Assembly (NCBI GenBank): GCA_965219535.1
Contig: CBDCNV010000002.1
Location: forward strand, 2,250,001-2,282,000
DNA from: Opitutales bacterium
GTDB taxonomy: Bacteria > Verrucomicrobiota > Verrucomicrobiia > Opitutales > PNEW01
Length of the DNA stretch: 32,000 nucleotides
Reading direction: 5' to 3'
Shown: one piece after another, positions 8,700 to 17,245 of the stretch
How the letters are laid out: the number at the start of each line of letters is the position of its first letter
Position numbering within the stretch: the stretch's first letter is position 1
The notes under the pieces: model-generated
Seen by the model: only the letters and a program-made list of their open reading frames with translations
Told to the model about the DNA's origin: nothing
Databases searched by the model: none
Program-made: the position numbers and the translations under genes

Positions 8700-8960
8700 A
8701 TGAAAAAAACCACGTCATCTACAAGGAAGTTAAAAAAAAGCCGAAGTAATCAAGCTTGGGATTGATGTACATATCGACCGTTATGGTGTAGTCATGATGG
8801 TAGACGGGAAGACGCCGAAAGCGCCCGCAAGTTCAGTCCCCCTTCGTTTCTAAAATGGGTAGAACTGTAAGTAAAGGAAGCCCAGCTGATGATCAGTTGC
8901 TATGAAGCCGTCTTTTTTGGCTGCGGTTTGACAAGTCAGCAAATCTTTAAAAATACCATC
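8700..8960 (+). mobile_element. IS110-family transposase N-terminal remnant (pseudogene; frameshifts, in-frame stop, truncated)
   Basis: Three frame segments: MKKTTSSTRKLKK (A8 tract), then AEVIKLGIDVHIDRYGVVMMVDGKTPKAP, then KFSPPSFLKWVEL*VKEAQLMISCYEAVFFGCGL. The GIDVH ... F.P..FL.W ... CYEA.. pattern is typical of IS110/DEDD transposase N-termini. No C-terminal domain follows. Confidence 0.55.
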
Positions 8961-9088
8961 AATCCTATCGCCAGTGGCTTCCCTCCTACTTACAAGTGGT
9001 AAGAGCAATGATATAAATTTGACGTCCACTTTTTAACTCAATTAAAATTTCACTTGGTGGAAATATTAATATCAAAAAAGTAATTACC

Positions 9089-11329
9089 ATGTTACATAAA
9101 AATTCGCGCGCGCTTTTTATTTTCTCAGTTTTATACCCTGTTCTTCTTATTGCCCTTCCTCAAGATCTGGAGGTGTTCACAGATTTCGAGAACGTCAGCG
9201 GAGAAGGTTCTATTTTCATTGGGCAGGAGCCAAATGTTATTACCCTGATCGGTTTCACGGTGGAGACTTTAGAAGATCCTGCGCTCTTACACTCAGGAAC
9301 GAAGGCGATAACTCTTGGACCTGGACAGGAGGGAAGGATCATCTCTTCAAGAGGGATACAATTTCTCGAGTTTTATGCGGGTGAGAACACGGGCGCTGGC
9401 AAAATAGAGTTAAGAGGAAAACTCAATTTAGGTTCGACAGCGGGGGGAGGAGGTGGAGGTTTTGACTCTGGAATCGCCACCGTCATCGGCGACGATGGTA
9501 TTATCGAAGGATTGCCAGTAAATATCAACCCCGGCGCCAATCCCCCTTTATACAGTTTTGTCGCAGACAGCGGGTCTTTTCAGGATGAGGATGATTTTAA
9601 CTTTCTCGGCGGTATTACAGAAGTGAAATTTTTGAATGTTATGGGAATACTCGTGCTCGACAACCTGGGATTTACCCTGACTGAATTCCCTTCAAACAAC
9701 ACTGTTTACAGCAATTTTGATGAATTTGGTCCGGGTGCAGGACAATTAGAACCATTGTTTATTGGGACTTCGCCTAATACGGCTACTTTTGACGGAGGGT
9801 TAATTATAAGTTCATTTGCAGGTAACGGCAATTATGTACGCTCGTTGTCTACTTCTTATGCAGTATTTAATGGTGGGGAGGCAACCATCACTTTTGAAAC
9901 CCCAGCTTATGAAATAGATTTTTTCGGAGCTCAAAGTGTGAGCTCAGGCGAGAGCGATCCCGACGGATCAGTCGAAGTCTACGATACGAACGATAACTTA
10001 ATCGCTACCTTTACGAATTTTGATGCGAGTATTACCCCTGAGTTCAAACCCAGTTTTCTAACGATTAATGCAGATGAATTAGGAGCCCCGGGTGGCATTA
10101 GCAGGCTGGTCTTGAAGGATGATCCCAATATCAATCCTGATTTCAGTCGTACTTCAGTCGACGATTTTGGGTTTACTCCTGTCGGAGCCCCGGGCACCGG
10201 CTCCGAGGGTTCCCCACCCGCGGATGCCCCTTTCATCACCACCCAACCCGCAAGTCAGGAAGTGCAGTCCGGCACATCGGCAAGCTTATCCGTTGCCGCC
10301 AGCGGCGATGATCTCACTTACCAGTGGTATACCGGCAACAGCGGGGACACCGCCAACCCCGTCGCAGGTGCCACCGGCAGCACGCTAACTACCGGAGCGC
10401 TCACCGCGAGTACGAACTACTGGGCACAGATAACCAACGCCGGTGGTATTGCTGACAGCGATACTGCAGTTATCACTGTGGCCGCCCCTTCTGTGCCTCT
10501 CGTCCTCGATGGCACGGGAGATATCGCCGGAGAAAATATCCAGCATCCTAATGGTAATGTATTTGACCAGATTTTGTTAACCGGAGAGTCCATTCAGCTC
10601 CAAGCCAGACCGGGACAGATTACACGGGTCTCCTTTATGGATGAAACCGAGGACATTGTTCAGGTTGAGTTTTCAGGTGCCGGAACCTTTACTGTAACTC
10701 TGGACCCGGCCACCTTCCTGCCCCCGGCCATTCCTCCACGCTACAACCAGGCTGTCGAGTACGTGACCGGTAAGCCTAGCGTGGTCATCGACGGAGCAGA
10801 TGCGAATACCTTCTTCAGTATCTTCACGGTTGGATCGATCAACGCAGTGAACCAGGCACTATTCCCCGAAGGACAGGTTTATGACGCACAAGCGGATGTG
10901 ACATTAGTAGAAGTTGTAAATTCCACGAGCATGGGCGGCATGCAACTATCGAACACCGTCTTCAGCGGAAGCACCGGTAAGACCGGCGTCGATGCGCGCG
11001 GAGTGCCGATCGCGGTACGCTTAACCATTGGTGACATCGATGCCGATGGAGATGCGGTGCCGCACCTCTTATTTGGGTCAGGTTCATTCACGATTGCCGC
11101 CGGTAATCCTGGATTACGTATAACGGGAGGAGACCTGGTACAGACCAACGCAGCTGCTATTGTCGTGGCAGAGAGTGGATCGACAACGACCGGATTTGAT
11201 ACCCTGATCACGCAGAACAACTTCAAGTCTGACAACACCCCTCAGCCGACTCTGAGTATCGATGCCACTTTCGCCAATGAAGATGGAGATGCAATTGAGG
11301 TTACGACTGAAGAATTGACGATTGAATAG
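9089..11329 (+). CDS. Secreted or surface protein of unknown function with a central Ig-like domain
   Basis: N-terminal signal-like MLHKNSRALFIFSVLYPVLLIALPQD and a G6 run. The Ig-like segment is PFITTQPASQEVQSGTSASLSVAASGDDLTYQWYTGNSGDTANPVAGATGSTLTTGAL..YWAQITNAGG. Long uninterrupted ORF. Confidence 0.65.
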   Translation: MLHKNSRALFIFSVLYPVLLIALPQDLEVFTDFENVSGEGSIFIGQEPNVITLIGFTVETLEDPALLHSGTKAITLGPGQEGRIISSRGIQFLEFYAGENTGAGKIELRGKLNLGSTAGGGGGGFDSGIATVIGDDGIIEGLPVNINPGANPPLYSFVADSGSFQDEDDFNFLGGITEVKFLNVMGILVLDNLGFTLTEFPSNNTVYSNFDEFGPGAGQLEPLFIGTSPNTATFDGGLIISSFAGNGNYVRSLSTSYAVFNGGEATITFETPAYEIDFFGAQSVSSGESDPDGSVEVYDTNDNLIATFTNFDASITPEFKPSFLTINADELGAPGGISRLVLKDDPNINPDFSRTSVDDFGFTPVGAPGTGSEGSPPADAPFITTQPASQEVQSGTSASLSVAASGDDLTYQWYTGNSGDTANPVAGATGSTLTTGALTASTNYWAQITNAGGIADSDTAVITVAAPSVPLVLDGTGDIAGENIQHPNGNVFDQILLTGESIQLQARPGQITRVSFMDETEDIVQVEFSGAGTFTVTLDPATFLPPAIPPRYNQAVEYVTGKPSVVIDGADANTFFSIFTVGSINAVNQALFPEGQVYDAQADVTLVEVVNSTSMGGMQLSNTVFSGSTGKTGVDARGVPIAVRLTIGDIDADGDAVPHLLFGSGSFTIAAGNPGLRITGGDLVQTNAAAIVVAESGSTTTGFDTLITQNNFKSDNTPQPTLSIDATFANEDGDAIEVTTEELTIE

Positions 11330-11330
11330 A

Positions 11331-11362
11331 GTCAAAACGTCAAAAAGTCAAAAGGTCAAAAG
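11331..11362 (+). repeat. Tandem octamer repeat (GTCAAAAN)x4
   Basis: GTCAAAAC GTCAAAAA GTCAAAAG GTCAAAAG starts 2 nt after the stop of 9089..11329. Confidence 0.7.
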
Positions 11363-11418
11363 GTAGGATACATAACGTCTATCATGTCTAGGTGTTAAGT
11401 TTTAAGTGTTAAGCAAAG

Positions 11419-11436
11419 AGGTGGAACGCTCCACCT
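11419..11436 (+). terminator. Possible weak intrinsic terminator for 9089..11329
   Basis: AGGTGGA-ACGC-TCCACCT (7-bp stem, 4-nt loop) followed by TATTGT. The T-tail is poor. It shares the GGTGGA..TCCACC core with the long hairpin repeats. Confidence 0.3.
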
Positions 11437-11438
11437 TA

Positions 11439-11575
11439 TTGTCATTGCGAGGAGCAACGCGACGCGGCAATCCAGGGGATTGTCAACACGTGACCGGAAT
11501 TTTCTTGGAGTGAAAGATGTCGAGCAAATACTCTCGGTAGCCGCGCGCGGCTGATAGCCTCCCTCGCAATGACAA
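11439..11575. repeat. 137-nt element bounded by 14-nt perfect inverted repeats (MITE/REP-like)
   Basis: TTGTCATTGCGAGG (11439-11452) and CCTCGCAATGACAA (11562-11575) are exact reverse complements. There is an internal GC palindrome GCCGCGCGCGGC. No ORF. Confidence 0.5.
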
Positions 11576-11653
11576 GAGACGATGTAAACGTGATCAGCTT
11601 TTATTCAACCAAAGTGGAATTCTTCAACTGTTCACCGTTCACTGTTTACTCTC

Positions 11654-13639
11654 TTAATCTTCCCTGGGAAGTGAAGTATAAACGGTGAGACCCTCCATGG
11701 ACTTTTCTTTCTCCGGTATAATCAGGCTGGCGAAGTAGCCCACGATGAAACAGACGACAAATCCAAAAAAAGCGTAAAAGTAAAAATTAATTTCGGTATA
11801 GAATTTTATAAAACACAGGACGATCGCGCTCGTGATCGCGCCAATAAAAGCACCGCTTCCATTGGATTGTCGTGTAAAAATACCCAGGGCAAATAACCCC
11901 GCCAGGCCACTGCTGAATAATCCAAGGATTGAAATGAAAAAGAGCGATGCGGATTTGATATCCATAGACACCATGATTAATGCAAAAGCAGTACCAAATA
12001 TCCCTGTTATCAATGTAACCCATCGCGCGAGATTTAAACAGCTATGCTCTGAGGCCTCAGATTTGAAACGTCGGTAAAAATCAGTAACAAAAGCTGTGGC
12101 CATTGAGTTCATTCCGCTGTCCAGGCTGGACATCGCTGCAGAAAAAATAGCGGCGATGACAAAACCCGCAAGACCCACGGGGATTTTCTGCGAAATGAAT
12201 AGTGGTAAGATCGCATCATTCTGCATCCCCAGGTTAAGACTTGATGGATGGGATTTGTAATAGACGTAAAGCGCGGTCCCCATGAAGTAAAAGAGCAGGC
12301 CGGTGGGGATTTTCATCGCGACGTTTAACCATAAGCCCTTAGCGGCCGCTTTTTCATCTTTTGTTGTGAGGTATCTTTGAATCATAGACTGATCTGCGGT
12401 ATATGAAAACAAGGTACCAAACCCTCCGCTGATAACCACAGCCCAAAAAGTTGTCTCGGTCATATCCCATTCCAGGTAGAGGATGCGGAATTTATCATCA
12501 GCGATTCCTGTTTTGAACAACTCAATAACACCGCCTTCGATATGAAAGGGAATTACCACTAAGGCCACGATGATCCCACCAAAGAATATGATAACCTGAA
12601 ATACATCTGTCCAAACAACCGCTTCTATCCCACCGAGCACGGTATAAAAGGTGCTCAGCAGTCCCATTGAAAGGATGCACAGATAAATATTAATACCGGT
12701 AATCGTGGAAAGGACAATCGCGGGTAAATACATCACGATGCTGATCCGCACCAATTGAAAAATAATAAACTGTGCGCTACCGTATAAGCGAACGGGAAGG
12801 TTAAAGCGTTTTTCAAGGTATTCGAAAGCGGTGATGATGTTGAGTCTTCGGTAAAAGGGCAGGTAAAAGTAGATGGTAATTATAGGGACGATCATGAGCG
12901 CTATATAACTGGGATAAACAAACCAGTCCGTGCCATAAACTAAAGCAGGGAGGGAAATATAAGTGAGTGCGCTTAGCCCTGTCCCTAAAACGCTGAGTCC
13001 CGAAGCCCACCATGGTATGCGGCGACCCGCGAGGAAGTAGTCATCCGTTCCCTTCTCCCGCTTGGAAAAATAGAACCCCATGATTACCAGTCCTATCATA
13101 TATAAAATGAGAAAGAAGTAATTGGTTATACCAAAGGTCGCGCGCGCGCCAGTGTCATGGACCATGAGCTGGACTTTGGGTGTTCTTCTGCTCGGTCGAA
13201 TCTCACCGCTCGTTAATGCAATCCCCCCTCCCCAGGACACGGCATTCGAGTTGACCACACTGATGGGTATTTCTTCTTTGATTAACCAGGTGTCGGTAAT
13301 TGTGTGATAGACGAGCAGGTCGGGGGAAAATCCTGGATGGTCATCGTGCAGATCTTTTCCGTTAAATTCACCTGTCGCTCCGCCAAAAATAAGGATATGC
13401 GATTGACCGTAGGCCAAACTGGGAGCTGCCGTGACGGGGTGCGGTGTATCGCTGATACGTTCCCATTGCTTATACCTTAAAGAGTAACGATAACCGTCAG
13501 CCAACGATTGCGTTCTAACTTTTCCGTTCCCCGCTGAAATCTGATCTTCACCTCCGATTATATACAAATAAGGTCTGTTTCCCTCATTCTGAGCGGCAAA
13601 GATCGCCTTCCTCCGGGCCGGCCCATCCCAGGGTTCCAA
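11654..13639 (-). CDS. C-terminal part of an interrupted Kelch-SSS fusion gene (distal Kelch blades + complete SSS symporter domain)
   Basis: Colinear with 4123..6696: LYIIGG, ILIFGGATG, GFYFSKREKGTDDYFLAGRRIPWW, FYTVLGGIEAVVWTDVFQ, SAAMSSLDS. The reading frame stays open upstream to 13744 and is in frame with 13745..14236. It has no convincing start of its own; the track start is a TTG. Confidence 0.8.
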   Translation of the reverse strand: MEPWDGPARRKAIFAAQNEGNRPYLYIIGGEDQISAGNGKVRTQSLADGYRYSLRYKQWERISDTPHPVTAAPSLAYGQSHILIFGGATGEFNGKDLHDDHPGFSPDLLVYHTITDTWLIKEEIPISVVNSNAVSWGGGIALTSGEIRPSRRTPKVQLMVHDTGARATFGITNYFFLILYMIGLVIMGFYFSKREKGTDDYFLAGRRIPWWASGLSVLGTGLSALTYISLPALVYGTDWFVYPSYIALMIVPIITIYFYLPFYRRLNIITAFEYLEKRFNLPVRLYGSAQFIIFQLVRISIVMYLPAIVLSTITGINIYLCILSMGLLSTFYTVLGGIEAVVWTDVFQVIIFFGGIIVALVVIPFHIEGGVIELFKTGIADDKFRILYLEWDMTETTFWAVVISGGFGTLFSYTADQSMIQRYLTTKDEKAAAKGLWLNVAMKIPTGLLFYFMGTALYVYYKSHPSSLNLGMQNDAILPLFISQKIPVGLAGFVIAAIFSAAMSSLDSGMNSMATAFVTDFYRRFKSEASEHSCLNLARWVTLITGIFGTAFALIMVSMDIKSASLFFISILGLFSSGLAGLFALGIFTRQSNGSGAFIGAITSAIVLCFIKFYTEINFYFYAFFGFVVCFIVGYFASLIIPEKEKSMEGLTVYTSLPRED

Positions 13640-13744
13640 TACTTCCCACCTTGCATCTTTGTCGTCCAGGTCGAGTGACCAGAATACAGGAGAAAGGTTT
13701 TCGTCACTTCCACCAACCTGGCCCCCTGCTACGTATAGGGTATC

Positions 13745-14236
13745 TCATATCTTAGCGGCATCCCCAAAGGATAGCGGTTCAGGAAGCTCAGGCAGTGATA
13801 CTTGTTCAATATTCTGAGCTTCAGGATTCCAAGTGAGTTGTGTGACCCCGTCGTGATAGCTCTCGGCATTACTGCCTCCGATCAGGATCAAGCTATCACC
13901 GGTGCTGACAGATGCTCCATAGGCGAGGGGTTGCTTGAGTTTGAATCCAGTCAACCACGCCTTCTCTTTATTTTCAGGGGTTAGAACATATATTGTGTCA
14001 TAAAAGACTTTTGTTCCATTCTCCCACTCCGGTTTATCGGGGAAGTTTGTGCCACCCGCGACGATTAGAGCGCCGTTGCTGACGCCGGCAAATGCGCCGC
14101 CCAGGCCAATTGTATGCGGAAGTTCGGGTAGCTCCTCCCAAGTGATAGCTTCCGGTTTCGGGGGCTCATTTTCACCGCACCCCGTAATTAACAAGACACC
14201 GACAAAAAATAAGAGAATAACGAATAGACGTTTCAT
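13745..14236 (-). CDS. N-terminal part of the interrupted Kelch-SSS gene (lipoprotein signal + first Kelch blades)
   Basis: MKRLFVILLFFVGVLLITGC has a lipobox-like ITGC. WEELPELPH..GGAF.GVSNGALIVAGG aligns with the N-terminus of 4123..6696. It ends at the TGA at 13745-13747, which is in frame with the downstream ORF. Confidence 0.8.
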   Translation of the reverse strand: MKRLFVILLFFVGVLLITGCGENEPPKPEAITWEELPELPHTIGLGGAFAGVSNGALIVAGGTNFPDKPEWENGTKVFYDTIYVLTPENKEKAWLTGFKLKQPLAYGASVSTGDSLILIGGSNAESYHDGVTQLTWNPEAQNIEQVSLPELPEPLSFGDAAKI

Positions 14237-14299
14237 CGAGACTGTGATGACAGTGCCGTTGGAAGTAAAAACTGTTCAGTGTTAATCCCCTCAAACATT

Positions 14300-15025
14300 T
14301 CAATCATCGGGTATTATATTTTTAATTTTCTCTCTGAGCAGAGTTTTCAATTCATCATAGTGCGTTAGCCAAATACTATGGGCGGCATCTTGAATTTCAA
14401 AGTACTCTCCTTTTTTAATTAAATTTGCTAACTATTCTGTTGGCCAGTTTAGCCTTATATCCTTCCCCGCATTTACAAATATCGCGGAAACATTTATGCT
14501 CGCTATATCATGTAACAAATTAGGGTTCTTTATATATTCTCTCCATGATAGAGAGCCTATTTTATTTACCTTCGGGTCTGCTTGAAAAATCTTACCTCCA
14601 TAATCTTCACCGTATTTTTCTAAATTTTCATGGTATGTTTTACTCCATTCTCTGTCATTAACAATTCTTCCGCCTGCGATACCAATCAATCCAATGACAT
14701 TTTGAGGATACTTGATCGTATAGCCTAGCGCAACATCTGGACCTGCAGAATGGCCGCCAATAATAATTTGGTTAAAATTATATTCCTTTCTGATAAATTC
14801 TATATCACCTAACGTTGTTTCCAAATCGTAATTGCCGTCATAGTCCGATCTTCCACAGCCCCTTGGTTCAAACCTTACTACTTGGCATAAGTCTTCGACC
14901 ATTTTTGATACAGGTTCCAGGTAATCGTCACACCCGGGACCGCCATTACAAAGTATTAGAGGAAACCCTTGACCATTCACTGTAGTCCAGATTTTGGTTC
15001 CGTTATTATTTAGTATTTTGTCCAT
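14300..15025 (-). pseudogene. Alpha/beta hydrolase (proline-iminopeptidase-like) interrupted by one in-frame TAG
   Basis: PLILCNGGPGCDDYLEP, FEPRGCGRS, and a nucleophile elbow GGHSAGP. The track ORF stops at TAG 14432-14434. The same frame continues as LANLIKKGEYFEIQDAAHSIWLTHYDELKTLLREKIKNIIPDD* to 14300, and that segment contains the expected catalytic-His region. Confidence 0.75.
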
Positions 15026-15051
15026 TAATTTATACGCTTAAGCTCAGCCGT

Positions 15052-15234
15052 CTATAGGCTGATATTCGCCGAGAATTTACGCGGTAGATTCCCCTTGGCT
15101 TCGTCCCAGGGTTTGAGGATGCGGCGGAGGGCGGCAGCCATTTCGGCGCGTTGCGATTCAGGCAGAAAGTTGTGAACGATGGCGTAGCCCCGGGTAGCGA
15201 GGGCGTCAAATACGGTATCGTTTAATTTTTGCAT
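15052..15234 (-). pseudogene. Probable N-terminal fragment of a PhyH-family gene
   Basis: The 60 aa LNDTVFDALATRGYAIVHNFLPESQRAEMAAAL resembles the PhyH N-terminal helix/strand seen in the intact paralogs. It is locally GC-rich and has no catalytic core downstream. Confidence 0.4.
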
Positions 15235-15473
15235 CGTTTATTCGGAAATGGTGAGAGCGTTAGCTTATGCAGATTGTGGCTGCTTGATCTTGCATTGTTT
15301 TCTATCGTCGATTCGATTTGCTTTTGTAATAAGGGTGATTTTATTAAAAGGCCAAGTTAAACAATACGGCATATAAGTAATGAACTCATCTTACCCTAGT
15401 GACAAAAGCTTTAACAAATCATCAGGTTGATCGCTTGCTTCAACGATAAAAATAAGAGGAAAAGGAGCAGAGC

Positions 15474-17039
15474 TTGGGAATAATCGATACAGCGGTCATT
15501 GTAATATATTTAGGCGTTCTTGTAACTATGGGTGTGTATTTTTCGCGACGCCAAAAAACGACAGAGGACTACTTTCTAGCTGGCCGCAACTTACCGGGAT
15601 GGGTGGTCGGGTTTTCCATTATGGGTACTATAATTGGGACCATATCCTTCATTGGCAATCCCGGAGAGGTATTTAAAACTAACATGTGGGGATTTCCCTC
15701 AAGTTTAGCTTACCCGTTCGTCATGGTTTTTGTCTCCGTTTATATAGTCTCCTTTTACCGTCGGACGATTCGTATGACTGCCTATCGGTATTTGGAGATG
15801 CGATTTGGCTATCCCGTACGAGCTTATGGCGCGGTAGTATTTCTTATAGTTCACGTATTACATTTAAGTATGACTTTCTATTTTCTAGCGGTCGCCGTTG
15901 GCTACATGAGCGGATGGGATGTGTGGTGGGTAATCCTCTTCGTAGGCATGGCGACAGTCATTTACACGATGGTCGGCGGTATAGAAGCGGTCGCCTGGAG
16001 TGATGTAATACAAGGTAACTTACTTATCATCGGCGGTCTGTTTTGCCTAGGTGTTTTACTATTCTCATCCGATGCTGGTCCCACCGCAATTGTCGCCAAG
16101 GCCTGGGAGGGAGGGAAGTTTTCATGGGGCGATTGGAATTTCAGCTGGTATGAAAAAAACCTGTGGTTTTTCGTCGTTGGTGGAATGTTGGGAGCGCTCC
16201 AAAGTTTAGCCTGTGACCAATCCAATGTACAACGTTATCTCCTGGCAAAGACTGACAAAGCAGCAGCTCGAGCAGCTTATATGGGAGCAATAGTGTGTGT
16301 TCCAATCTGGTTTCTATTTATGCTCATAGGTGCTTTAATGTGGGCGTTTTATGAATTATCCCCGAATCCACTGCCATCCGAGGTGCTTCAACAAAAGGAT
16401 TTTATCTTACCGTATTTTATGAAAACCCAATTACCGGCAGGAATGGTTGGTCTTATTTTAGCGGCGTTATTAGCTGCAGCCATGTCATCGATCGATTCAC
16501 ATTTGAATGCAATTGCGACGGTGATCGTCAATGATTTTTACGTGCGACTGCGCCCAGAATCCAAAGATAAAAATCGCCTGCTCCTGGGTAAAACTATGGT
16601 TTTGTTTTTTGGCGTATCCTCAATCATTTTGGCACAACAATGGGTCGGGGTTAAATCAGTCATTGAATTATCCATTGTTGTGGGAGCTATGATACCGGGT
16701 GGACTTCTCGGTGTGTTTACCCTTGGGTTTTTATTTCGATGGACGACGGCAAGGGGTACCTATATTGCCATTGCAATCAGTATACTCTTTAATTCGTGGG
16801 CAGCATTTACGCGTATTACTCTCCCGGGAATGGAAACACCCCTGCTTGATCTTGGGCGTTTTAACTACACCTTGAGTCCATTCGTGATTGGAATCTTCAG
16901 CCATTTTGTTCTCTTTGGCACAGGGATGATTGCGAGTCTAATTGCAGGAGGCCCCCGATCGAATACCAAGGATCTTACTTTCTGGGATGTCCTAGAAAGA
17001 CGAAGGGAAGAGAAGAAATCAGTGAACAGTGAACAGTGA
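15474..17039 (+). CDS. SSS-family Na+/solute symporter (no Kelch domain), tandem copy 1
   Basis: TTG start with AAAGGAG 8 nt upstream. GVYFSRRQKTTEDYFLAGRNLPGW, IYTMVGGIEAVAWSDVIQ, AAAMSSIDS. 521 aa. The last six codons lie in the heptamer repeat. Confidence 0.9.
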   Translation: MGIIDTAVIVIYLGVLVTMGVYFSRRQKTTEDYFLAGRNLPGWVVGFSIMGTIIGTISFIGNPGEVFKTNMWGFPSSLAYPFVMVFVSVYIVSFYRRTIRMTAYRYLEMRFGYPVRAYGAVVFLIVHVLHLSMTFYFLAVAVGYMSGWDVWWVILFVGMATVIYTMVGGIEAVAWSDVIQGNLLIIGGLFCLGVLLFSSDAGPTAIVAKAWEGGKFSWGDWNFSWYEKNLWFFVVGGMLGALQSLACDQSNVQRYLLAKTDKAAARAAYMGAIVCVPIWFLFMLIGALMWAFYELSPNPLPSEVLQQKDFILPYFMKTQLPAGMVGLILAALLAAAMSSIDSHLNAIATVIVNDFYVRLRPESKDKNRLLLGKTMVLFFGVSSIILAQQWVGVKSVIELSIVVGAMIPGGLLGVFTLGFLFRWTTARGTYIAIAISILFNSWAAFTRITLPGMETPLLDLGRFNYTLSPFVIGIFSHFVLFGTGMIASLIAGGPRSNTKDLTFWDVLERRREEKKSVNSEQ

Positions 17040-17100
17040 ACAGTGAACAGTGAACAGTGAACAGTGAACAGTGAACAGTGAACAGTGAACAGTGAACAGT
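17020..17100 (+). repeat. (CAGTGAA)n heptanucleotide microsatellite, about 11.5 units
   Basis: Perfect tandem 7-mers from 17020 to 17100. They overlap the final codons and the TGA stop of 15474..17039. Confidence 0.95.
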
Positions 17101-17245
17101 GCTGCGATATTATAACACGGATAATGATGCTTCGCGATTGTGCATTTCCCTTTATAAGTTTTAAAGATATCCAATAGTGAAAAGTTCAATAGAAACAAAT
17201 CATCAAATTGATCGCTTACTGTAATAATACGAAAAGGAACAGCAC

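Noticed and set aside
13745-13747. TGA as a recoded codon (selenocysteine, or Gly as in genetic code 25)
   Set aside because: TGA clearly terminates neighbouring genes (for example 888..1658, 8079..8486, 15474..17039 and 21461..22342). No convincing SECIS-like hairpin follows the codon. A Kelch-repeat Gly position is not a plausible Sec site. A nonsense mutation, possibly leaky, is the simpler reading.
17020-17100. Could the perfect tandem repeats be a CRISPR array or a phase-variation switch?
   Set aside because: The period is 7 nt with no spacers, so it is not CRISPR. Every reading frame hits a TGA within three units, so copy-number change cannot shift the upstream ORF into a longer or shorter functional form. 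Classic on/off phase variation of the symporter is not supported.
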